From: Patescibacteria group bacterium
Lineage (GTDB): Bacteria; Patescibacteriota; Microgenomatia; UBA12405
Assembly (NCBI GenBank): GCA_013387215.1
Contig: WARW01000003.1
Coordinates: forward strand, 10,227-74,226
Reading direction: 5' to 3'
Length of the DNA stretch: 64,000 nucleotides
In this document: positions 55,324 to 64,000 of the stretch, piece after piece
Layout: the number at the start of each line of letters is the position of its first letter
Position numbering within the stretch: the stretch's first letter is position 1
Position numbers and translations under genes: made by a program
Notes under the pieces: model-generated
Databases searched by the model: none
The model's input: the letters and a program-made list of their open reading frames with translations, nothing else
Told to the model about the DNA's origin: nothing

Positions 55324-55461
55324 ATGTCTAAGCAAACTTTTCAACCAAAAACTAAAAAAAGAACCAGAGTTCACGGATTTTTAAAAAGAATGATGTCTCA
55401 TGACGGCCGAAACGTTTTAAAAAGAAGAAGAGCTAAAGGTAGAGCAAAACTAACGGTATAA
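55324..55461 (+). CDS. rpmH: 50S ribosomal protein L34
   Basis: Own translation: [45 protein letters not shown]. Under 60 aa, so absent from the ORF track. Confidence 0.9.
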   Translation: MSKQTFQPKTKKRTRVHGFLKRMMSHDGRNVLKRRRAKGRAKLTV

Positions 55462-55468
55462 TTAGTGA

Positions 55469-55810
55469 ATGCTAAAGAAAATTAACCGGATTAAAAGCAA
55501 AAAAGATTTCGGGGAGATTAAAAATCGAGGGGTAATGTATCATTCCCCTCTTTTTAGTTTTGTATATATAAAATCAGAATTAAACGATCTAACTCATACT
55601 CAATTCGGTTTTATAATTTCTAAAAAGATTTCCAAAAAAGCTGTAGATAGAAATAGAATTAAAAGATTATTATCCTCCAGCCTGCAAGATAACTTAGAAA
55701 AATTTAAAAATAATTTAAAGGGAGTATTTTTAGTAAAGAGAGTGATTTTAGAAAAAGACCAAACGGAAATTAATCAGGAAATTGAAAAACTAGCAGATAG
55801 AATACAATGA
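55469..55810 (+). CDS. rnpA: RNase P protein component
   Basis: 113-aa basic protein directly downstream of rpmH, with conserved ...KKAVDRNRIKRLL... Confidence 0.8.
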   Translation: MLKKINRIKSKKDFGEIKNRGVMYHSPLFSFVYIKSELNDLTHTQFGFIISKKISKKAVDRNRIKRLLSSSLQDNLEKFKNNLKGVFLVKRVILEKDQTEINQEIEKLADRIQ

Positions 55811-56010
55811 AAAAAATAGTTTTAAAAATACTTGTCTTTTATAAAAAATACCTGTCTTACGGGTATAATTGTAGATTTATCCCAACATGTTCGGAATATA
55901 CATATGAAGCCGTGGAAAAATATGGTGTAATTAAAGGAATGGGTTTAGGAATAAGAAGAATATTAAAATGTCACCCATGGGGTAAAAAAGGAATAGATTT
56001 GTTAAAATAG
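55807..56010 (+). CDS. yidD: Membrane protein insertion efficiency factor YidD
   Basis: YKKYLSYGYNCRFIPTCSEYTYEAVEKYG signature. ATGA overlap with rnpA. Confidence 0.85.
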   Translation: MKKIVLKILVFYKKYLSYGYNCRFIPTCSEYTYEAVEKYGVIKGMGLGIRRILKCHPWGKKGIDLLK

Positions 56011-56016
56011 TAACTT

Positions 56017-56796
56017 ATGAATATTTTTATTGCACCGTTTGTGAACGCCCTATTTGGAGCCTACTATTTAGTAGGAAACTTAGGTTGGGCAATTATTTTG
56101 GTAACCATTTTAATTAAATTAATTTTGATTCCATTGGTTATTCCCAGTTTAAAAACCGCTCAAAAACAACGATTATTACAGCCAAAATTAAGTAAATTAA
56201 AAGAAAAATACGGCAATGATAAACAAGCTATGGCTAAGGCGCAAATGGATTTGTATAAGCAGGAAGGAATCAATCCAATGGCCGGATGTTTGCCCCAAAT
56301 ACTTCAAATCGCCGTATTACTTTTATTCTTCTCTGCTTTCAATATGGTGACTCAATATTCTGAGGGTAAAGGCAGTATGGATAATATTAATAATAATTTA
56401 ATTCAGAATTTTAAGATCAATCATGATTTTAAATTTGATGTGAACTTTTTTGGTTCGAATTTAACTCAAGTGCCTTCAAAGATTTTTTCACAAGGAATTA
56501 GTTTGAGTTTAGTTTTACCTTTAATCCTTTTATTGGGATCAGGTTTATTGCAATTTTGGAGTGCTAAATTAATGATGCCAGCTCCAAAAGCTGATGAAAA
56601 AATTGCTAAAGCAACTGCTGATAAAGAGGATGATATGATGGCGGCAATGAGAACCCAATCAACCTATCTTATGCCTTTAATGACAATTATTATTGGCTGG
56701 AATTTTTCATTAGGTTTATTGCTGTATTGGTTTGTTAATTCAGCGGCAATGATCGGTCAACAATTAATCTTTAATAAATTTTCAAAAAATAAATAG
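56017..56796 (+). CDS. yidC: Membrane protein insertase YidC (short, monoderm-type)
   Basis: 259 aa, 5 TM helices, Oxa1/YidC core, no large periplasmic domain. Confidence 0.8.
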   Translation: MNIFIAPFVNALFGAYYLVGNLGWAIILVTILIKLILIPLVIPSLKTAQKQRLLQPKLSKLKEKYGNDKQAMAKAQMDLYKQEGINPMAGCLPQILQIAVLLLFFSAFNMVTQYSEGKGSMDNINNNLIQNFKINHDFKFDVNFFGSNLTQVPSKIFSQGISLSLVLPLILLLGSGLLQFWSAKLMMPAPKADEKIAKATADKEDDMMAAMRTQSTYLMPLMTIIIGWNFSLGLLLYWFVNSAAMIGQQLIFNKFSKNK

Positions 56797-56841
56797 TAAT
56801 ATTGGGGATTAAAACTCAATAATGCATGGTAAAATAGCCCT

Positions 56842-57312
56842 ATGGATAACAAAGAAAGAAATGAAAAAATCTTAAAGATCGCTTGTGATCTTTTGGAAAA
56901 AATGAATTTTGAAGTAGAAAAAGCCTTCGTTGAGGATGTGGAAGGAGAGGAAGATCAAGTTTGGGTGGGAGTAACTGTGAAAAATCCAGGCGGTTTGATT
57001 GGATTTAGAGGCCGAAATTTAGCATCAATTCAAATTTTAATGTCGATGATTGTTAAGACTCAAGTCGATGAAAAGATCAGAGTGCTTTTGGATGTAAATA
57101 ATTATCGCGGTGAACAAAAAGTCAGATTAGAAAATATGGTAAAAAGTTTAGCTGAAAAAGTAATCCAAACCGGAATACCTGTCAGTTTAACTAATATGAG
57201 TTCGTATGAAAGAAGAATTTGCCATATGGCAGCTTCAAATATTGAAGAAATAGTGTCGGAGTCTGAGGGTGAAGGTGAAGAAAGACACGTAGTAATAAAA
57301 CTAAAGGCATAA
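56842..57312 (+). CDS. jag: Jag/KhpB RNA-binding protein (KH + R3H)
   Basis: KH-like GGLIGFRGRNLASIQ and R3H YERRICHMAAS. Conserved position after yidC. Confidence 0.8.
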   Translation: MDNKERNEKILKIACDLLEKMNFEVEKAFVEDVEGEEDQVWVGVTVKNPGGLIGFRGRNLASIQILMSMIVKTQVDEKIRVLLDVNNYRGEQKVRLENMVKSLAEKVIQTGIPVSLTNMSSYERRICHMAASNIEEIVSESEGEGEERHVVIKLKA

Positions 57313-57334
57313 AATATTTATGCTAAGATAGGGC

Positions 57335-58552
57335 GTGGTTGAAATTCGGCAAAAAATAAGCAGTTGGCTGCTTTTCATATTTTTATTTTTAATTCCAACT
57401 CAATTAGGAAAACATTTTTGGCCGGATTGGAGTTATATTTTGGGAATCAGAATCGATTTTTTATCCCCTACTTTGTATTTTTTAGATTTAATTTGGATTG
57501 GATTATTTTTAATTAATTTCAGTTTTGAAAAAATTAAAAGAATTTTAAAATGGGAATATTTTTTATTGACCCTATTTGTGGGAATTAATCTATTAGTAGC
57601 GGAAAATAAGGGCGTGGCTGTTTACCGGTGGCTTATTATTTTACAAATTATTTGGACTATAAATTTTTTAAAAAGCCAAAAAAATGAAGTTAAAAAATAT
57701 CTTTTTAAAATTATTCCAGTTTGGATTATCGGTGAAAGTATTTTAGGTTTGAGCCAGATGGTTTCTGGTGGAAGTTTAGATGGTATTTGGTATTTTTTAG
57801 GAGAAAGAAATTTTAATATTAATACAGTTGGGATTGCCCAAATGTCAATATTTGGGAAAGGAATTTTGAGAGCTTATGGAACTTTTTCCCACCCAAATAG
57901 TCTAGCGGGATTTGTTTTGTTAAGTTTGGTTTTATGGATTAGATTTAAAAGCAAAATAAAAAATAAGGTGTGGTGGTGGACAGTTTGTTGGTTTGGAATT
58001 TTAGGAATTATTATTAGCGGCAGCCGATTAATATGGTTTTTAGCTTTGATTTTGGGATATTATTTTTGCTGGCAAAAGATAAAAAATAAAAAGAAAGCCG
58101 TTGGTATAACTTTAATAAGTTTAGGGGTTTTAATGATGCTAAGCGCTGTAATTATTAATAAATATCCTTTAAATAATTTGATTGGAGGCTGGGATAAAGA
58201 AAGTTTTAGTAAAAGATGGGATTTGAATGTGGCGGCTTTTAAAATGATTCGTGGTTCGTTGTGGACTGGAGAAGGATTAGGAAACTTTATTGTTGAATTA
58301 CCTAGGTACGAAAAGAACAATTCTTTGTTGCAGCCGGTTCATAATATTTTATTGTTGATAGTTAGTGAAACTGGACTCTTAGGTTTAGGACTTTTAGGAT
58401 TAAGCTTAATTAATTTTTATAAAAATAAAGTTGGGAAAATTTCCGATAAATTGATTTTAATTTTGATTTTAATAAGTGGAATGTGGGACCATTATTGGAT
58501 TACCCTGCCCCAAAATTGGTGGCTTTTAACCGTGGTGTTGGGAATAATATAA
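57335..58552 (+). CDS. O-antigen ligase/polymerase-like (Wzy_C) polytopic membrane protein
   Basis: About 10-12 TM helices with a larger extracytoplasmic loop containing a conserved-like GSRL...W segment. Adjacent to the flippase. Confidence 0.45.
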   Translation: MVEIRQKISSWLLFIFLFLIPTQLGKHFWPDWSYILGIRIDFLSPTLYFLDLIWIGLFLINFSFEKIKRILKWEYFLLTLFVGINLLVAENKGVAVYRWLIILQIIWTINFLKSQKNEVKKYLFKIIPVWIIGESILGLSQMVSGGSLDGIWYFLGERNFNINTVGIAQMSIFGKGILRAYGTFSHPNSLAGFVLLSLVLWIRFKSKIKNKVWWWTVCWFGILGIIISGSRLIWFLALILGYYFCWQKIKNKKKAVGITLISLGVLMMLSAVIINKYPLNNLIGGWDKESFSKRWDLNVAAFKMIRGSLWTGEGLGNFIVELPRYEKNNSLLQPVHNILLLIVSETGLLGLGLLGLSLINFYKNKVGKISDKLILILILISGMWDHYWITLPQNWWLLTVVLGII

Positions 58553-58587
58553 ATAAAAAGTCAGGATAGGAATGGTAAAATTGATGG

Positions 58588-59805
58588 ATGTTAAAGAAAC
58601 CGATTATTAATACGGCAGTACAAGTGTTTGGTAAAGGAATTACTGTTTTAATTAGCTTGGTAACAACCGGTATTTTGACCAGAAAATTAGGACCGGATGT
58701 TTACGGCAGTTATACATTAGTAACTTCGGTGTTTATTATTCTTGATTCTTTGGCGGATTTCGGCACAAAAATTATTGGTGTCAGAGAAGCATCTTTGAAA
58801 ACTGGCAAAGAAAGAGAAAATATTTTTATTCAAGCAACCTGGCTGAGATTAATGACTTCAACAATTGCCTTTTTAGTTGGACTTTTGGTGATATTTTTAT
58901 GGAATGGATTTGCGGAAATTAGAATTGAATCGTTAGTTTCTTTATCGATGATTTGGTTCACTTCAATTGCGGGGAGCTTAGAAATCGTGTTTCAAACGAA
59001 ATTGAGAATGGATTTGAAAGTATTAATTGATATCGTATTCCCCTCTTTATTTTTGATTGCCCTTTTAAGTTGGAATAAACCAATTACTTTATTGTGGGTG
59101 TTTGGAGTTTATTTGCTAGCCAGAATCATTAGTTTAGTGTTTGGAATCGGATTGGTACGAGAAGTGTTTAATTTGGAAGCAATTAGATCAATAAACTGGG
59201 TATTTTTGAAAAAATTTTTGAAAGAATCTTGGCCAATGGGAATGTATTTAATCGTATTTGCCGGTTATGACCGGGCTATCGATTCCCTATTGATTCAAAA
59301 ATATATCGGCATTAAAGAAGTCGCTTTTTACGGTTTGGCTTATAAAATCTATTCTAATTTAATCCAACCGGCTTATTTTTTTGTGAATAGTATTTTTCCT
59401 TTGATGTCTTCTGAAACCACAGAAAGAAGAAAATTGTTTAAATCTTCAACTTTACTAATCGTTTTAGGTTTGATTTTACTCATTCCAACAGTTTATTTAC
59501 TCTCCCCTTTTATTATTAACGTGCTTGGAGGCGCTAGTTTTGCACCATCTATTCCGGTTTTAAGGGTGCTTTTAATTGCTTTGGCTTTCTCATATATCGG
59601 CCACTTGGTTGGATTTACTTTGATTGCTAAAGGCGGGCAAAAAGATATTTTGATTTTTAGCTTAATTTCGTTAACAGTGAATATTGCTGCAAACCTATGG
59701 GCGGTTCCCCGCTATGGAATGATGGGTGCAGCGGTGGTGACAGGCATAACTGAAGCTACTAATTGTATTTTGATGAGTTGGAGACTTTGGAAAAAGGCTA
59801 GGTAG
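58588..59805 (+). CDS. Oligosaccharide flippase, MOP/Wzx family
   Basis: 12-TM profile and the N-terminal VQVFGKGITVLISLVTTGILTRKLGPDVYGSYTL motif typical of the polysaccharide biosynthesis protein family. Confidence 0.7.
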   Translation: MLKKPIINTAVQVFGKGITVLISLVTTGILTRKLGPDVYGSYTLVTSVFIILDSLADFGTKIIGVREASLKTGKERENIFIQATWLRLMTSTIAFLVGLLVIFLWNGFAEIRIESLVSLSMIWFTSIAGSLEIVFQTKLRMDLKVLIDIVFPSLFLIALLSWNKPITLLWVFGVYLLARIISLVFGIGLVREVFNLEAIRSINWVFLKKFLKESWPMGMYLIVFAGYDRAIDSLLIQKYIGIKEVAFYGLAYKIYSNLIQPAYFFVNSIFPLMSSETTERRKLFKSSTLLIVLGLILLIPTVYLLSPFIINVLGGASFAPSIPVLRVLLIALAFSYIGHLVGFTLIAKGGQKDILIFSLISLTVNIAANLWAVPRYGMMGAAVVTGITEATNCILMSWRLWKKAR

Positions 59806-59813
59806 TGTTTTAT

Positions 59814-59905
59814 ATTTAGCTTTGTAATTTGCAGTGCTCGAGCCTTCGTAATATCCACTCAGATACTGCGCGCTTAAATAACAAAGCTAAATTTATTCCA
59901 TTTTT
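59814..59905 (+). terminator. Long nested hairpin (17-bp outer stem with 1 mismatch, GCAGT/ACTGC inner stem) followed by a T8 run; probable operon terminator
   Basis: Left arm ATTTAGCTTTGTAATTT 59814-59830, right arm AAATAACAAAGCTAAAT 59876-59892, T-run at 59902-59909. Confidence 0.4.
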
Positions 59906-59911
59906 TTTAGA

Positions 59912-59971
59912 TCGTGATTTGCGGTACTCACGCGTTCACTTTGTTCACATGATTCCGTTCCTAAATCACGA
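59912..59971. ncRNA. Structured intergenic element, copy A: 9-bp stem enclosing the conserved core CTCACGCGTT-N9-TCACATGATT
   Basis: Stem TCGTGATTT 59912-59920 pairs with AAATCACGA 59963-59971. The core is shared with copy B at 63383..63478. Confidence 0.35.
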
Positions 59972-60318
59972 CCTAAAATAATATACATTTGATATATTCC
60001 CCTAGCTAAAATAATGACGTTTTTACAACGTGAAAACCCCTAAAATCAGTACTGTGCTGACATTTTTTTGATAGAAAATTTTTTCTTTTCAAGATTCCCC
60101 TCTCGGAACCAGGTTCGATTTTGAAAAATACCATCTGAACTCGTTTGTATTTACATTAAAAATACTTACATATATCTATAATCACGTCATTACATTTTTT
60201 CACGTTACTCCTTATAATTAATTAGCTTGGTTATGACTATTTTTGGCAAGTAATAACCGCATAATAACCGATTTATTACCGTAAGAAAATAGTAAACATT
60301 TAAACTAAAATAAGTAGT

Positions 60319-63300
60319 ATGAACTCCGATTTACCAAACGCTTTAATTATTGGAATCGGACATTTTGCTGCTAAAAAACTAGCCGAAGAAATTGTAAGTA
60401 AAGACATTAACGTGGTAGGAGTGGGGGAATATGTGGATGGGTTGAATGAGATTAAGAATTTCAATTATTTTGCTAATTTAGAGGAAGTAGAGGGTAATTT
60501 TAATTATGTTTTTGATTTTAACGGGGATCTTGGAGCTTGGAATAATTTAGTGGAAGAAAGTGAAAAAATAACCATAATTTGCATTAATAACCAGTTGAAG
60601 TCAGAGCAATTGCAAGGCCAGTTGAAAAACAATAAGTTGAATTGGCGATTGGTGGAAGCTAATGGAGTATATGGGCCGGGGATGGATGATAATGAAGAAA
60701 GCAAAGATACTGGATTTTTAGTGGCGGCTTTTAAACAAGCAGTACTTAATAAAAATTTATTGCTGCCACCAGTAGAGGATAGATTTAGGTTGTTGTGTGT
60801 GGAAGATTTGGTAGATGCAGTTTTAAGAGCAAGTTTTTTGTCCGGAACTGAAGAAGAAATTTATACGTTAGCGGGAAGTGAAATTAATTCAGAAATATTA
60901 GCCGGCGTTTTGATAAACGAGGCTAAGATGACAAGGTATAAGGTGATGCAAAAAAAGATGGAACTTTTGGAATGGGATGAAAAGAAAATTTTGGAAACTC
61001 AAAAGAAACTGAGATGGCAGGCAAGGATTGATTTTAATGATGGAGTTAAAGAAACGTTGCAATATTTTTTTGTAAAAATAGATGAAGAAAGTAGAAGAAA
61101 ACCTGAGAAAAAAGAAGTGAAGAAAACAGTAATTTTGCCGGAAGTTGAAGAAAAAAGAGAAAGCCCTAAAAAATCATTTGAAGTAATTGTGGAAGAAAAA
61201 ATTGAAGAAGAACCGGTAAAAATAATTGAAGAGGAAGAAGTAAAAGAGGTGGAAAAGCCAATAGAAAAGGAAATAATTAAGAAAGAAGAAAAAAAAGAGG
61301 AACACCCAACTCATATTTTTAAACCATTGTCGTTTGAAGAAAAAAAAGAAGAAGAAGCAGTTTTGGTTGAAGAAATGGACGATTTTAGTCAATTTGTGGT
61401 AAAGAATTCAAACATGAGACAGGCAAGAAGCGAGCCGGTTGAGGAAAGTAAACCAGAAGAGAAAAAACCAGAAATAATAGAAGAAAAAAGAACGGAAAAG
61501 AAGAATAGAAGACCAAGCTTAAAAATAAAAATAAATAAGAAAGCCTTAATTTTTGCGATTGTTTCAGTATTAATTGTGGTTTTAGCCGTGCCAGTCGGTT
61601 GGGGAATCTCGACTTATAAGGCTTGGAAAAGCATAAATGAAATATCAGTTTTGACTAAAAATAAAAAGTATACTGAAGCTGAAAATTTGGGAAATAAGCA
61701 TTTGATTAAACTGAGAACGATTGATGGAAAAATTGACGATTGGGGATTAAATCAATTTGCGGGAATGCGGCATTATCAAACTGTTATTAAAGCGGAAGAA
61801 GAAGCATTGGGACTAGAAAGCAAATTGGTTGAATTGGCCCAATCGGGAGATGAAATAAATGATGCGATTTTTAAAAACAAAGCCATAGATTGGGATAAGG
61901 AATTAAATTCAGTTTCGGGAAATTTAGATGATGTTTCAAGCAAAATCGGAGTGCTTCAAGCCAGACTGAGTGGAGATTGGGAGTGGCTGCCAATGAGATG
62001 GAGAAGCGGACTGCAGAAGAAAATTGCTGACCTGAATCAAGGCAAAAAATATATTGAGTTATCTTCAAAAGCAATAAAAATTGCTCCGGACTTTTTGGGT
62101 TTAGATGGAAAGAAACGAGAATATTTAGTTTTGCTTCAAAATGAAACAGAAATAAGACCTGGCGGCGGATTTATTGGCTCATATGGGCTTTTGAGTTTCG
62201 AGAAGGGAAAGCTTTTAAATTTTGAAATCAAAGATGTTTATGAGGCTGACGGCCAGCTGAATGGACATGTGGAACCACCAGAAGAAATCAAAAATTATTT
62301 GGGAGAAGCCAACTATTATATGAGAGATGCAAATTGGAATGCTAATTTTCCAGATGCAGCAGTTGATTTACAATGGTTTTTAGACAAGGAAACTGGCAAA
62401 AAAGTAGATGGGGTGATTGGAATTAACTTGGGAGTGGCAAGAGCAGTTCTTGGGGCTGTTGGAGAGGTATTTGTCCCTGATTTTAAAGAAAGGATTAATA
62501 AAGATAATTTGTATGAACAAGCAGAATTTTATGCCGAAACAAAATTTTTCCCAGGATCAACTCAAAAGGCAAGCTTTTTGGGAGGTTTAGGAAAACAATT
62601 ATTTGATAATATTCAAAACCTAAAAGCTGATCAGAAATTAAGTTTAGTGGAAGCCTTAATCGACTCTTTGCAAAAAAATAATATGCAGATTGCACTTAAT
62701 AATAAAAATTCTGCCAATGTTTTGGCGGATTTGAATTGGAATGGAGCCATATATCAGGGAAAATGCGGAGTGGAGGGTTGCATTAGTGATTATCTGTATG
62801 TGGTTGAAGCTAATTTGGGAGTAAATAAAGCCAACTACTTTTTGTATCGAACCATGGAAGAAACAGTTGATTTTTCCAACCAATCTTTAAGCCGAGTATT
62901 AAAAATCAATTATGAAAATACGGCTAAAAATGCTAATTGGCCAGGCGGTGACTATAAAAACTATATGAGAATTTATTTGCCAAGCAATGTCAATTTGTCA
63001 CAAGTAAGTTTGATTGATACCAATAATCCAACATCTAAAAAAACATATTCTGATGGGGAGTTGAAAATAAGAGAAATTAATGGAAAAAAAGAAATTGGTT
63101 TTCTGATGACAGTGCCAGTTTCGACCAAAAGAACTGTGGAAGTCAGATATTCAACCGGAATTGATTTGAGTAAAATGAATAAAATTTCTTATGTTAATTA
63201 TTTTCAAAAACAATCAGGTTTTGGAGATACAGGTTTGGTTACTTTAATTTCATATCCACCAGAATGGCAGGCAGTTCAAGTGCAACCTACTGCTAGTTTA

Positions 63301-63372
63301 GTGGGAGGAAAACTATTGTTTAATTCTAAATTGGATCAGGATATTAAGATGGGGATTGAGTTGGACAAATAA
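60319..63372 (+). CDS. Large membrane-anchored protein: N-terminal Rossmann-like domain, K/E-rich linker, single TM helix, large extracytoplasmic C-terminal domain (DUF4012-like)
   Basis: 1017 aa. LIIGIGHFAAKKLAEEI N-terminus, EEK/KEE low-complexity block (aa 250-400), TM helix at about aa 405-430, and a C-terminal domain with the RPGGGFIGSYGLLSF motif. Confidence 0.55.
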   Translation: MNSDLPNALIIGIGHFAAKKLAEEIVSKDINVVGVGEYVDGLNEIKNFNYFANLEEVEGNFNYVFDFNGDLGAWNNLVEESEKITIICINNQLKSEQLQGQLKNNKLNWRLVEANGVYGPGMDDNEESKDTGFLVAAFKQAVLNKNLLLPPVEDRFRLLCVEDLVDAVLRASFLSGTEEEIYTLAGSEINSEILAGVLINEAKMTRYKVMQKKMELLEWDEKKILETQKKLRWQARIDFNDGVKETLQYFFVKIDEESRRKPEKKEVKKTVILPEVEEKRESPKKSFEVIVEEKIEEEPVKIIEEEEVKEVEKPIEKEIIKKEEKKEEHPTHIFKPLSFEEKKEEEAVLVEEMDDFSQFVVKNSNMRQARSEPVEESKPEEKKPEIIEEKRTEKKNRRPSLKIKINKKALIFAIVSVLIVVLAVPVGWGISTYKAWKSINEISVLTKNKKYTEAENLGNKHLIKLRTIDGKIDDWGLNQFAGMRHYQTVIKAEEEALGLESKLVELAQSGDEINDAIFKNKAIDWDKELNSVSGNLDDVSSKIGVLQARLSGDWEWLPMRWRSGLQKKIADLNQGKKYIELSSKAIKIAPDFLGLDGKKREYLVLLQNETEIRPGGGFIGSYGLLSFEKGKLLNFEIKDVYEADGQLNGHVEPPEEIKNYLGEANYYMRDANWNANFPDAAVDLQWFLDKETGKKVDGVIGINLGVARAVLGAVGEVFVPDFKERINKDNLYEQAEFYAETKFFPGSTQKASFLGGLGKQLFDNIQNLKADQKLSLVEALIDSLQKNNMQIALNNKNSANVLADLNWNGAIYQGKCGVEGCISDYLYVVEANLGVNKANYFLYRTMEETVDFSNQSLSRVLKINYENTAKNANWPGGDYKNYMRIYLPSNVNLSQVSLIDTNNPTSKKTYSDGELKIREINGKKEIGFLMTVPVSTKRTVEVRYSTGIDLSKMNKISYVNYFQKQSGFGDTGLVTLISYPPEWQAVQVQPTASLVGGKLLFNSKLDQDIKMGIELDK

Positions 63373-63382
63373 ATTTTGTTTC

Positions 63383-63478
63383 GTTTTGAGATTTCCGGTG
63401 TCCTCTAAAAGGACTCGCTTCGCAGCGCTCACGCGTTTCGCTTCGCTCACATGATTGTGCTCCGTAGAATCTCAAAAC
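63383..63478. ncRNA. Structured intergenic element, copy B: 11-bp stem enclosing the conserved core CTCACGCGTT-N10-TCACATGATT
   Basis: Stem GTTTTGAGATT 63383-63393 pairs with AATCTCAAAAC 63468-63478. The outer-stem sequence differs from copy A while the core is conserved. Inner small hairpin GTCCTCTAAAAGGAC. Confidence 0.35.
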
Positions 63479-63545
63479 TTCACTTTATATCGTGCTAAAA
63501 ATTTCTTTTGCTTCGCCAGCATTATTTGATTGATAAAATAGGGAT

Positions 63546-63839
63546 ATGAAAATGAAAAAAGTGGTGGAGAATTTTAGATGTGAAAATTGCGGTTTTGAAA
63601 TGAAAGGCGATGGCTGTACTGATCATTGCTCACAGTGTTTATGGGGAAAACATGTGGATGAAGCAGTGCCTGGCGATAGGTTAAGCGGTTGCAAAGGTTT
63701 GATGGAGCCGATTAGAACCAGCTATCAAAATGATAATTTTAGAATTTATTACAAGTGCACTAAGTGTAATCATGATTTTTGGGTTAGGGAAGGCAAGGAT
63801 GATAATAGAGATAAATTAATTGAATTGAGTGGTAATTAA
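63546..63839 (+). CDS. RNHCP-domain cysteine-rich protein
   Basis: FRCENCGFEM, GCTDHCSQCLWGKHVDEAVPGDRLSGCKGLMEP and CTKCNHDFW match the RNHCP zinc-ribbon-like domain layout. Confidence 0.65.
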   Translation: MKMKKVVENFRCENCGFEMKGDGCTDHCSQCLWGKHVDEAVPGDRLSGCKGLMEPIRTSYQNDNFRIYYKCTKCNHDFWVREGKDDNRDKLIELSGN

Positions 63840-63860
63840 TTAACAAGTAAATAAATTTTT

Positions 63861-63920
63861 GCTACGAATTTTTTTCTCCCTCAATGCGTTACCGCGTTGA
63901 AACTCGTAAAAAATTGTAGC
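63861..63920. ncRNA. Third hairpin element (GCTACGAATTTTTT / AAAAAATTGTAGC stem) enclosing GCGTT/CCGCGTT motifs
   Basis: Same architecture as copies A and B, and shares the CGCGTT core fragment. Lies at the window edge. Confidence 0.25.
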
Positions 63921-64000
63921 CTTAAATTTACTTCGAGAATAGAATTAATTGCGGAATAAAATCGGTTAATATACGGTAATATTTTTATCAGTTAGCTATA

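Noticed and set aside
59806-60318. tRNA or tmRNA gene in the 510-nt intergenic region
   Set aside because: There is no T-arm consensus (GTTCRANYC), no cloverleaf-compatible pairing, and no CCA context. The hairpins present are long imperfect palindromes, treated instead as structured elements or a terminator.
61174-61392. 72-aa Phe-rich ORF on the minus strand
   Set aside because: It is the reverse complement of the GAA/AAG-rich segment encoding the K/E-rich linker of the 1017-aa protein, so it is a poly-purine shadow ORF.

Overview
This is a low-GC (about 30% G+C), gene-dense window with short intergenic spacers. It contains a chromosomal replication origin: rpmH-rnpA-yidD-yidC-jag reads rightward and dnaA-dnaN leftward from an AT-rich region carrying DnaA boxes. 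The gene content (short monoderm-type YidC, a tandem paralog array of extracytoplasmic enzymes, Gram-positive-style conjugation genes, few biosynthetic genes) suggests a small-genome monoderm, possibly a CPR/Patescibacteria-like organism. That lineage call is inference only.

Clear housekeeping genes are rnhB, pepF, mutM, trxB, a standalone 5'-3' exonuclease, an iscR-like/nifS/iscU operon, an ECF sigma factor, dnaA, dnaN, rpmH (not in the ORF track), rnpA, yidD, yidC and jag.

Accessory content, in order along the window:
- The most interesting region is 4212..8484. A 38-aa peptide gene with the strongest Shine-Dalgarno sequence in the window is followed by a translationally coupled multi-TM histidine kinase, a 624-aa fusion protein (alpha/alpha-toroid domain with a class-II-terpene-cyclase-like DxDDT motif, plus an isoprenyl-diphosphate-synthase-like domain with two DDxxD motifs), and an OmpR-type response regulator. 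This arrangement resembles the Bacillus ComQXPA quorum-sensing system, in which ComQ prenylates a Trp of the ComX peptide.
- A bcsZ/bcsA-like beta-glucan synthase module (GH8 endoglucanase, GT2 synthase, GT-C membrane protein).
- A copper homeostasis island: BlaI/CopY-type repressor, BlaR1-like M56 sensor, an HMA/DsbD-like/cupredoxin fusion, a cupredoxin-like protein, copZ, and a copA with a C-terminal extension. A 14-nt palindromic core recurs immediately 5' of two start codons.
- Seven paralogs (six in tandem) of a membrane-anchored sulfatase-fold enzyme that lacks the CxPxR formylglycine motif, with evidence of gene conversion between copies.
- A VirB4-centred conjugation/T4SS-like cluster with a CwlT-like NlpC/P60 giant protein, lying next to dnaN and the origin.
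- A wzy/wzx-like pair.
- A small family of structured intergenic elements near the 3' end that share a conserved core.
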